Of a stretch of DNA of 64,000 nucleotides, positions 54,927 through 64,000 are shown piece by piece. Position 1 is the stretch's first letter. The number at the start of each line of letters is the position of its first letter. The notes under the pieces were generated by a model that saw only the letters and a list, made by a program, of their open reading frames with translations, was not told the DNA's origin and made no database searches. Source of the DNA: Escherichia coli (GTDB taxonomy: Bacteria > Pseudomonadota > Gammaproteobacteria > Enterobacterales > Enterobacteriaceae); the NCBI RefSeq assembly GCF_965641715.1, contig NZ_OZ282453.1. One strand, given 5' to 3'. A program made the translations under genes and the position numbers.

Positions 54927-56300
54927 TTATTTTAATAACCGCACCCGGCACGTTTTTCCTTTAATCTTCCCGCCCTGTAACTGTTTCCATGCTTTATGAG
55001 CAACAGCCTGACGGACCGCGACATAGACATGCGCCGGATGCACGGCGATTTTGCCAATATCTGCGCCATCAAGCCCGATATCTCCTGTCAGTGCACCTAA
55101 TACATCACCCGGGCGCATTTTGGCTTTTTTCCCGCCATCGATACACAACGTTGCCATTTCTGCTTCCAGCGTCACAATGGAACTATTAGCTGGCGGCGTT
55201 TGCCAGTTAAGTTTTATCTGCAACATGTCAGAAATGATATTGGCCCGCTGTGCTTCTTCCGGAGCACAGAAACTGATCGCCAGACCGCTATTTCCTGCAC
55301 GAGCTGTACGACCGATGCGATGTACATGAACTTCAGGGTCCCACGCCAGCTCAAAGTTCACCACCAGCTCAAGCGATTTAATATCCAGACCACGCGCAGC
55401 AACATCAGTCGCGACCAGTACACGGGCGCTACCGTTAGCAAAACGTACCAGGGTCTGATCGCGATCGCGTTGCTCCAGATCGCCGTGTAATGACAATGCA
55501 CTTTGCCCTACTTCATTCAGCGCGTCGCAGACAGCCTGGCAATCTTTTTTGGTATTGCAAAACACCACGCAAGAGGATGGCTGATGCAAGCTTAATAACC
55601 GTTGCAACAGAGGAATTTTGCCTTTGCTGGATGTCTCATAAAATTGTTGTTCAATGGGTGGCAAAGCATCTGTTGAGTCAATTTCAATCGCCAAAGGATC
55701 GCGTTGCACTCGTCCGCTGATTGCAGCGATGGCTTCCGGCCAGGTTGCCGAAAACAGAAGCGTCTGTCGAGATGCAGGCGCAAAACGGATGACATCATCA
55801 ATGGCATCGCTAAATCCCATATCCAGCATGCGGTCGGCCTCATCCATCACCAAAGTATTCAGCGCATCCAGTGATACCGTGCCTTTTTGCAAGTGATCCA
55901 GCAAACGACCCGGCGTTGCCACGATAATATGCGGCGCATGTTGCAACGAATCACGCTGCATACCGAACGGTTGACCACCGCACAACGTCAAAATTTTGGT
56001 ATTTGGCAGAAAACGCGCCAGCCGACGCAATTCACCTGCCACCTGATCCGCCAGTTCACGCGTAGGACACAGCACTAAAGCCTGGGTTTGAAATAGCGAC
56101 GCATCAATTTGCTGTAACAAGCCGAGGCCAAAAGCCGCCGTTTTGCCGCTGCCGGTTTTCGCCTGCACGCGAACATCTTTTCCGGCAAGGATCGCCGGAA
56201 GCGCGGCGGCCTGCACCGGCGTCATGGTTAAATAACCCAACTCATTAAGGTTCGTGAGTTGGGCGGGAGGCAAAACATTCAGGGTAGAAAAAGCGGTCAC
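54927..56300 (-). CDS. dbpA: ATP-dependent RNA helicase DbpA (DEAD-box)
   Basis: 457 aa with Walker A AKTGSGKTAAF, DEAD box, SAT and HRIGRTAR motifs. Confidence 0.96.
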   Translation of the reverse strand: MTAFSTLNVLPPAQLTNLNELGYLTMTPVQAAALPAILAGKDVRVQAKTGSGKTAAFGLGLLQQIDASLFQTQALVLCPTRELADQVAGELRRLARFLPNTKILTLCGGQPFGMQRDSLQHAPHIIVATPGRLLDHLQKGTVSLDALNTLVMDEADRMLDMGFSDAIDDVIRFAPASRQTLLFSATWPEAIAAISGRVQRDPLAIEIDSTDALPPIEQQFYETSSKGKIPLLQRLLSLHQPSSCVVFCNTKKDCQAVCDALNEVGQSALSLHGDLEQRDRDQTLVRFANGSARVLVATDVAARGLDIKSLELVVNFELAWDPEVHVHRIGRTARAGNSGLAISFCAPEEAQRANIISDMLQIKLNWQTPPANSSIVTLEAEMATLCIDGGKKAKMRPGDVLGALTGDIGLDGADIGKIAVHPAHVYVAVRQAVAHKAWKQLQGGKIKGKTCRVRLLK

Positions 56301-56329
56301 AATCTATTCTCGTGGTCATCGACGCAAAG

Positions 56330-56503
56330 TTAGCAGGCGCGTATCCTCGCAGATCTACGCTCACGATGCGACAATTTAATCGGTTCTTCATCGGGTGGTG
56401 GGTCAGGCATGGGTTGCGGGCGAGGGATCGGATCGGGCACTGGAACAGGATCGCCAGGAATCGGTTCAGGGACAGGAATTTGCAAATAAATAAGTGTCGT
56501 CAT
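56330..56503 (-). CDS. Hypothetical small proline-rich protein (57 aa)
   Basis: ORF MTTLIYLQIPVPEPIPGDPVPVPDPIPRPQPMPDPPPDEEPIKLSHRERRSARIRAC with GGAGGG RBS; not in the ORF track (short). Confidence 0.4.
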   Translation of the reverse strand: MTTLIYLQIPVPEPIPGDPVPVPDPIPRPQPMPDPPPDEEPIKLSHRERRSARIRAC

Positions 56504-56777
56504 ATTTCCCTCCGGTCATTGGGTGGACTCTTAAAGGGTAGACGCTGATAAATAACAGGCAAAAAAAAGCCGACTCATCAAAGTCGGCGTCGTACGAATC
56601 AATTGTGCTATGCAGTAATTCAAAAAAGGAAGTAAGACAATATGGAGCGCAACGCCCATCGCTTGACGTTGCATTCACCTGCAAGAGAGATATTGCCCTG
56701 AATGGGTAGAGAGTTTATTGACTTCGCTCAAACTTTGCGGCGTTTTTGTATACAGACAGCCGGAAAAATTGCTTTTG

Positions 56778-57782
<1,005 letters not shown>

Positions 57783-58014
57783 TTATTTTGTAGTCTAGCC
57801 TTCTGGCCCTGTTACGCAACATCTCATCACCCCATTACCCTGAAATGATTAATAAAATTCTGTCTAAATTGAATACAAAAAGCAAAATGCTTTTCCGTAT
57901 ACAAACCGTGTGAAGTGTTAAATAGCGTCTATCATTATCAGAATTATCTGATCATATGACGTGCTTTTTTGCGATCGGATAGCAACAAAAATTGATAAAA
58001 ATAACGGGATCTCA

Positions 58015-59247
58015 ATGATTACGCACAACTTCAATACCCTGGACTTACTCACCAGTCCTGTCTGGATCGTTTCGCCCTTTGAGGAACAGTTAATTTATGC
58101 CAATAGCGCGGCGCGACTGTTGATGCAAGACCTCACGTTTAGTCAGCTACGAACCGGTCCCTATTCCGTCTCCTCACAAAAAGAACTGCCGAAATACCTC
58201 TCCGATCTGCAAAACCAACACGATATTATCGAAATCCTCACTGTTCAGCGTAAAGAAGAGGAAACAGCATTAAGCTGTCGGCTTGTTTTGCGAGAGCTGA
58301 CAGAAACAGAACCGGTGATTATTTTCGAAGGTATCGAAGCGCCGGCAACGCTGGGGTTAAAAGCCAGTCGCTCGGCAAATTATCAGCGCAAAAAACAAGG
58401 TTTTTATGCGCGCTTTTTTCTGACTAACTCTGCACCAATGTTGTTGATTGACCCGTCACGAGATGGACAAATCGTCGATGCTAACCTCGCCGCGCTCAAT
58501 TTCTATGGTTATAACCATGAAACGATGTGCCAAAAACATACCTGGGAAATAAATATGCTCGGGCGTCGCGTCATGCCTATCATGCATGAAATTTCGCATT
58601 TACCCGGCGGTCATAAACCTTTGAATTTTGTTCATAAACTGGCGGATGGATCTACTCGTCATGTGCAGACCTATGCCGGACCGATTGAAATTTATGGCGA
58701 CAAGCTCATGTTATGTATTGTGCATGATATTACTGAGCAAAAACGGCTGGAGGAGCAGCTGGAACATGCTGCTCACCATGACGCGATGACCGGATTACTG
58801 AATCGGCGACAGTTTTATCACATTACGGAACCAGGCCAAATGCAGCATCTCGCCATCGCTCAGGATTACAGCTTGTTGCTCATCGACACCGATCGTTTTA
58901 AACACATTAACGATCTCTATGGGCATTCTAAAGGTGATGAGGTGTTATGCGCCCTCGCCCGTACCCTCGAAAGTTGCGCTCGCAAAGGCGATTTGGTGTT
59001 TCGTTGGGGAGGCGAAGAGTTTGTCTTATTGCTACCAAGAACCCCACTGGATACCGCGCTTTCGCTGGCTGAAACTATCCGCGTAAGCGTGGCAAAAGTG
59101 AGTATTTCGGGCTTACCACGCTTTACCGTCAGCATTGGTGTGGCGCATCACGAAGGAAATGAAAGCATCGATGAACTGTTTAAACGCGTTGATGATGCTT
59201 TGTATCGGGCGAAAAATGATGGACGCAACCGCGTGCTGGCGGCATAA
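58015..59247 (+). CDS. dgcM: Diguanylate cyclase DgcM (PAS-PAS-GGDEF)
   Basis: ORF 57961..59247; start at MITHNFNTLDLL; GGEEF active-site motif (RWGGEEF). Confidence 0.93.
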   Translation: MITHNFNTLDLLTSPVWIVSPFEEQLIYANSAARLLMQDLTFSQLRTGPYSVSSQKELPKYLSDLQNQHDIIEILTVQRKEEETALSCRLVLRELTETEPVIIFEGIEAPATLGLKASRSANYQRKKQGFYARFFLTNSAPMLLIDPSRDGQIVDANLAALNFYGYNHETMCQKHTWEINMLGRRVMPIMHEISHLPGGHKPLNFVHKLADGSTRHVQTYAGPIEIYGDKLMLCIVHDITEQKRLEEQLEHAAHHDAMTGLLNRRQFYHITEPGQMQHLAIAQDYSLLLIDTDRFKHINDLYGHSKGDEVLCALARTLESCARKGDLVFRWGGEEFVLLLPRTPLDTALSLAETIRVSVAKVSISGLPRFTVSIGVAHHEGNESIDELFKRVDDALYRAKNDGRNRVLAA

Positions 59248-59267
59248 GCCGCGGATGCGTCTCGAGA

Positions 59268-59831
59268 TCAACGACTGCGCTTAGCGTGGCGCTCCCAGTT
59301 TTCTTGCTTCGCCTGCGCCGTTTTACGTAGTGCGACGTAACACGCCCCGCTGCCGCCATGATGCGGTAGCGCGGTGCAATATGCCTGAACATCATCAAAT
59401 TCGGTCAGCCAGCGCGCCACATAGCTGCGGACAATATTGGCATGCGATTTATCATCCCGCCCTTTACCATGAATAATCAGCACGTTACGCAAACCATCCG
59501 CCAGGGCTTGTTGAATAAAACTGAACACCATTTTGCGGCACTCTTCCACCGGCTGGCGCAAAAGATTCAGGCTCGCCTGTTGCGGATATTTACCACTGCG
59601 CAGCTTATCCAGCACCCCATGTTGCAACCCTTCCCGCCGAAACTCCAGCGGCTGACTTAGCGGGATAATGTCGAGAAATCCGGTGGTGAGGAAATTATCA
59701 AGCTGCAGCGTGTCGATACGCTGCGGCGCACGTTGGTTACGCGTTGGATGCCAGTGGACATCTGTAGCACGTTTCAGCGGCTGGACATCTTCCATGGCGT
59801 CAAGAAACAGCGATTTGTCGTCAAGGTTCAT
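59268..59831 (-). CDS. smrA: Smr-domain endonuclease SmrA
   Basis: 187 aa with C-terminal Smr domain (...LIIHGKGRDD...); K-12 gene order. Confidence 0.9.
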   Translation of the reverse strand: MNLDDKSLFLDAMEDVQPLKRATDVHWHPTRNQRAPQRIDTLQLDNFLTTGFLDIIPLSQPLEFRREGLQHGVLDKLRSGKYPQQASLNLLRQPVEECRKMVFSFIQQALADGLRNVLIIHGKGRDDKSHANIVRSYVARWLTEFDDVQAYCTALPHHGGSGACYVALRKTAQAKQENWERHAKRSR

Positions 59832-60025
59832 GTAACCTCCTATGCACCTTCACACGTCGTGATTCAGACGGGTTAATTGTTCATACTTACTGCATCGTTC
59901 CCTTCACAGATTGAAACAATACTCTACTTCATACCTGTGAGTATCTGCGCAGGCGGGGCATTTTATACTAGCCTGTTAGCAGTATCGAACAGTTTAGCCC
60001 GAGTTTAATTCAGCACAGGCTCCGA

Positions 60026-61540
60026 TCAGGATGATTTATTCATAGCAGGAACCAACAAAAATGCGATAAATAACAGACCACTGATTAGCAGAAAGGTATC
60101 CGAAAATGCCATAGTTTGCGCCTCCCTCAGCATCAATTGACTCAATAATTTGGTTGAAGCCAGTATTTCCGATGTCTGGTCACTTCCACTGCGATTAAAA
60201 AATAAAGCACTTCTGGAAATGAAGTCATTCACCGTATGGGGAACAGAAACCATTTTTTCACCCATTCTCGAAAAATGAAAATTAGTTCGATTATTGAGAA
60301 TAGAGCCACACAGGGCAATACCAATCGCGCCCCCAAGATTACGTGTTAAATTAAATACACCAGAGGCTAACTTCAGCCGTTCTTTTGGAATTCCCCCCAG
60401 CGTTAATGTTACGATGGGGGCCATCGCAAACTGCTGCGAAATCCCTCTAATTGCCTGTGGAAACAGTAACTCCTGCCATCCCCATTCGTGGGTTATAGGG
60501 GTAAAAAGATACATTGAAAACACAAATCCGCCCAGCCCCGCCATCAACAGCCATCGCAGATTTATTTTTTTACTTAACCAGAAGTAAAAGGGAACAGAAA
60601 ATAACTGGAAAATACCTGTTGTGCAAACGGCAAAACCTATCTCTTCGGCATTTAATCCGCGAATCTGCCCCAAAAACACAGGTATTAAATATACAGTAGA
60701 GAATATCCCAACCCCTCCAGAAAAAGAAAAAAAACATCCCAGAGTGAAATTTTTATCCTTAAAAGCATGAAGATCCATTATCGGACTGGATATTGTAAGT
60801 GTACGCGCAGCAAATAAAATAAAACTCACCAATGCCAGAACTGATGTCAGCAAAATAGTATTATCATCCAGCCATCCCCAGCGCGCTCCTTCTTCAAGGG
60901 TATATTCCAGACATCCCAGTGTCATGGCCAACAGGATAATACTCGGATAATCAGCAACTTTCAGTAAAGAGAGGTCAGGTTTATCAAAATTAACCAGAAA
61001 AGGAATACTCAAAACTAAATATATGCCAGGTAATATATTGATATAAAATAGCCATCGCCAGTCGAGGTTATCAGTGATCCAGCCCCCCAGAGTTGGCCCT
61101 AGCGTCGGTGACAGTGAGGCCAGCGCACTGACTACCGCAGCAGCCAACCCCAACTCTTTACCCTGGTAATAAATAAACGCCGTCGTGAAAACTAAAGGGA
61201 TCATGGATGCGCCAGCAGCTCCCTGTAAAGCACGAAACAAAATCATGATCTGAATATTCCATGCAAGTCCACACGCGATACTCATTAAAGTAAATATTCC
61301 CGCGGATAGAGTAAAAAGCCAACGAGTGGAAAATACCCGTGACAGCCACCCAGAGAGCGGAATAACAATAATCTCAGCAATTAAATAGCTGGTCTGAAGC
61401 CAGGCCATTTCGTCTTTACCTGCGGACAGACCACCACCTATTTCATTTAGGGATGACGATACAATTTGAATATCAAGCTGAGCAATAAATAATCCCATAC
61501 ACATACTGGCGAAAGCAATATGTTTACGCATAGACATCAT
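60026..61540 (-). CDS. MFS efflux transporter, 14-TMS EmrB/QacA-type
   Basis: 504 aa polytopic membrane protein with MFS motifs; shares a 4-nt overlap with the upstream HlyD-family gene. Confidence 0.85.
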   Translation of the reverse strand: MMSMRKHIAFASMCMGLFIAQLDIQIVSSSLNEIGGGLSAGKDEMAWLQTSYLIAEIIVIPLSGWLSRVFSTRWLFTLSAGIFTLMSIACGLAWNIQIMILFRALQGAAGASMIPLVFTTAFIYYQGKELGLAAAVVSALASLSPTLGPTLGGWITDNLDWRWLFYINILPGIYLVLSIPFLVNFDKPDLSLLKVADYPSIILLAMTLGCLEYTLEEGARWGWLDDNTILLTSVLALVSFILFAARTLTISSPIMDLHAFKDKNFTLGCFFSFSGGVGIFSTVYLIPVFLGQIRGLNAEEIGFAVCTTGIFQLFSVPFYFWLSKKINLRWLLMAGLGGFVFSMYLFTPITHEWGWQELLFPQAIRGISQQFAMAPIVTLTLGGIPKERLKLASGVFNLTRNLGGAIGIALCGSILNNRTNFHFSRMGEKMVSVPHTVNDFISRSALFFNRSGSDQTSEILASTKLLSQLMLREAQTMAFSDTFLLISGLLFIAFLLVPAMNKSS

Positions 61541-62568
61541 CTCTCATCAACACTGACGGTGACGGACAGTCCCGGGCGAAGAAGTTGCTTTAATTCCTTT
61601 GCGTCGTCAAATGCAATCCGTACCGGGACACGCTGAACAATTTTGGTGAAATTGCCAGTGGCATTTTCTATCGGAATCAAGCTGAAACTAGCTCCTGTCG
61701 CTGGGGAAAGGCTTTCAATGTGACCGTGAAACACTTCCCCTTTGAGAATATCAGCACGGATCTCAGCCTTCATTCCAGGCTTCATTCCCGCTATTTGGTT
61801 TTCTTTATAATTTGCATCAACCCACAACTCACTGACTGGTACTAGTGAAACTAACGATGTGCCGCCTTCCACCCAACTGCCTGTATGGGCGCTGCGGTTT
61901 GCGACAATGCCATCAATCGGCGCACGAACAAGGGTAAATTCCAGATCCAGTAGTGCCTGAGTCAAAGCGGCCTGAACTTCTTCGATACTCGCACGTACGT
62001 TTTCTTCCTGAGCAGATAAAACTGCCAGCCGTTGCTTCTCCACCAGGAAATCGTTCGCGGCTTTGCGCTCCTTTGCTGCGACCTGCTGGTAGTCAAACCT
62101 GGCGTTATCAATAATTTGTTGCGATATTGCCGCTGATTGTGCGAGTTTTTCATAACGTTCAGTATCTCGCAGGCGCTTTTGCTCCTCATGTTTTACTGCC
62201 TGCCATGTTTCACTTGCACTTTGAATTATCGACTGCTGCATCGCAATAGTGGCTTGAATGCTTTCGAGATTGGCTTTGCTACTTTTTATTTTTGCCTCAA
62301 GCCTGGCGACATTTGCACGATAATCCCGATCATCGAGACGCAGGATAATATCGCCTTTTTTTACGCTCTGATTATCGCGCACCTCTATAGCAGAAATATA
62401 ACCAGAAACTTTACTTGCCACCGTGGTGATATTACCACCAATGTAAGCATCATCCGTCGTCTGTATAAATCTTCCTTTGCTTACCCACCAGATAAAAAAG
62501 ACAACGCCAGTCAAAAGAATACCGATCGCTACCACCCCAATAAGCTGTTTTTTAGAAATTATCATCAC
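61537..62568 (-). CDS. HlyD/EmrA-family membrane fusion protein
   Basis: 343 aa with N-terminal TM anchor, coiled-coil and beta-barrel regions typical of EmrA-like adaptors. Confidence 0.85.
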   Translation of the reverse strand: MMIISKKQLIGVVAIGILLTGVVFFIWWVSKGRFIQTTDDAYIGGNITTVASKVSGYISAIEVRDNQSVKKGDIILRLDDRDYRANVARLEAKIKSSKANLESIQATIAMQQSIIQSASETWQAVKHEEQKRLRDTERYEKLAQSAAISQQIIDNARFDYQQVAAKERKAANDFLVEKQRLAVLSAQEENVRASIEEVQAALTQALLDLEFTLVRAPIDGIVANRSAHTGSWVEGGTSLVSLVPVSELWVDANYKENQIAGMKPGMKAEIRADILKGEVFHGHIESLSPATGASFSLIPIENATGNFTKIVQRVPVRIAFDDAKELKQLLRPGLSVTVSVDER

Positions 62569-62661
62569 TCTTTACACCGTATATATCCGGAAACTTGCAT
62601 ACGTCATATTTAAAATTTAACATGGCTTATTTGATGATTTCTGACAAAATACCTACTGTAA

Positions 62662-63477
62662 ATGACAATTACACTGCAACCCAAAGCATCACCAGGGCAT
62701 CACATTATCGGACTGGATTCGGAACATCTGAATGGAGGTACAGTTCCCTGGCATAAACATCTCTATGCCCAGTTGCTTTACCCGGCTGAAGGAGTCGTTC
62801 GTGTATGGGCTGGAGAAAGCGTCTGGCTAGTCCATGCCAGCAGCGCGCTTTGGCTGCCCCCACAAATGCCGCATAAGTTTGTTGCGACAGGCAACGTACT
62901 TTTAAAAACCGTACTGGTTTCAGAAGCGGAAAGTGAAACGCTGGGAACAGTTTGCTTCATGACGGGTATTTCACCCCTGTTAAGGGAATTACTAATTGCA
63001 ATTAACCAACTTCCACCGTCGCAAAGTACCACAGATAAACAACAGTTACGTTTTTCAGCCCTCGAGACACTGATACTTCAGGAAATAAAAATGGGGGTGA
63101 AAATGTCACTTGAACTCCCTTGGCCAAATGATGAGCGGCTACAGCAGCTTTGTGAGAATTTGCTAAACAACCAAGGGTATCTGCCAACACTGGATAATCT
63201 AGCGGATAAAATTAACGTCAGTAGCCGTACACTCATGCGCTTATTTGTTAAAGAGACGGGATTAACATTTCGCCACTGGGTTCAGCAAATGCACGTTATT
63301 TCTGCAGTGACGCTTCTTGATGATGGATATTCGTTGACCAAAATTGCCCATCGTCTGGGCTATGCCTCAGCTGAATCGTTCGGCAATATGTTTAAGCGTC
63401 GAACGGGCTACTCGCCAGGTAAATTTACTCGTCGATTAACAATGCATGATTATGCAATCACAAGACAAATGATTTAA
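62662..63477 (+). CDS. AraC-family transcriptional regulator (cupin plus HTH), divergent from the efflux operon
   Basis: 271 aa with C-terminal AraC HTH (...IAHRLGYASAESFGNMFKRRTGYSPGKF). Confidence 0.85.
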   Translation: MTITLQPKASPGHHIIGLDSEHLNGGTVPWHKHLYAQLLYPAEGVVRVWAGESVWLVHASSALWLPPQMPHKFVATGNVLLKTVLVSEAESETLGTVCFMTGISPLLRELLIAINQLPPSQSTTDKQQLRFSALETLILQEIKMGVKMSLELPWPNDERLQQLCENLLNNQGYLPTLDNLADKINVSSRTLMRLFVKETGLTFRHWVQQMHVISAVTLLDDGYSLTKIAHRLGYASAESFGNMFKRRTGYSPGKFTRRLTMHDYAITRQMI

Positions 63478-64000
63478 CTTATATTTTCGTGAAATCTGTC
63501 ACTGAAGAAAATTGGCAACGGATGGGTAAAACCGTTATAACACTGTCACCGGTCACCAGGACCCCAGGCCGGATTTAAGACGAGGATGCACTGCTGTGTG
63601 TACTGTAGAGTCTGGCGGATGTCGACAGGCTCTATTTTTTTATTCATTTTTTAGCTCTGTAAATAACCACATTCTCGCCGGGGTTGGGGAATGAGTGACG
63701 AGATCAGTGGTGTCTGGCGGCTATCACGCCACAGAATCAAATAACAGATAGCCTACGGTAAAATTTCGCTGACTGGAATTATCCCACCCTCGACCCATGT
63801 GATGGCTTGCCCTCATTTCTTCAGGCAGAAAAATCAAAAAATCGCTTTATGCTATCAGACTGCGACAAACCAGACGCGAAACTGGGTACTTACTATTCGT
63901 TAGTCTTGCCCTATCCGCTTATCTTTTTGGTGGTATGGCTGCTGATGTTGCTGGCGTGGTATCTTGTTGGTCTGCCGATAGGTCCGGGGATTTACCCACG

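Overview
This window is an Escherichia coli chromosomal segment in reverse orientation relative to the K-12 map: ydbH'-ldhA-hslJ-ydbJ-ydbK-ompN-uspF on the left, ttcA-dbpA-zntB-dgcM-smrA plus an EmrAB-like efflux module on the right. Between uspF and ttcA sits a ~45 kb lambdoid prophage (about 8941..53912) integrated in the 5' end of ttcA, the Rac attachment site. All assignments are from reading the sequence and the supplied ORF translations against recalled protein families; no database search was run. The prophage is a mosaic: Rac-like int/xis/lar and racR-ydaS-ydaT-ydaU-ydaV immunity and replication genes, lambda gam-bet-exo next to a truncated recE, and an almost complete lambda-like head and tail gene set (Nu1 through J, lom, side tail fiber). 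Cargo includes an AraC-family regulator and a tRNA between Q and the lysis genes, and a hok/mok toxin locus. The strongest candidate for an undescribed system is an AT-rich, translationally coupled two-gene cassette at 38755..40238 (310 aa soluble protein plus 184 aa four-helix membrane protein) on the strand opposite to the flanking phage operons; I could not assign it to any known family. Other points worth a second look are an amber stop in ompN, three spaced 19-bp palindromes in the ydaU region, and a non-Rac cassette at the sieB position.
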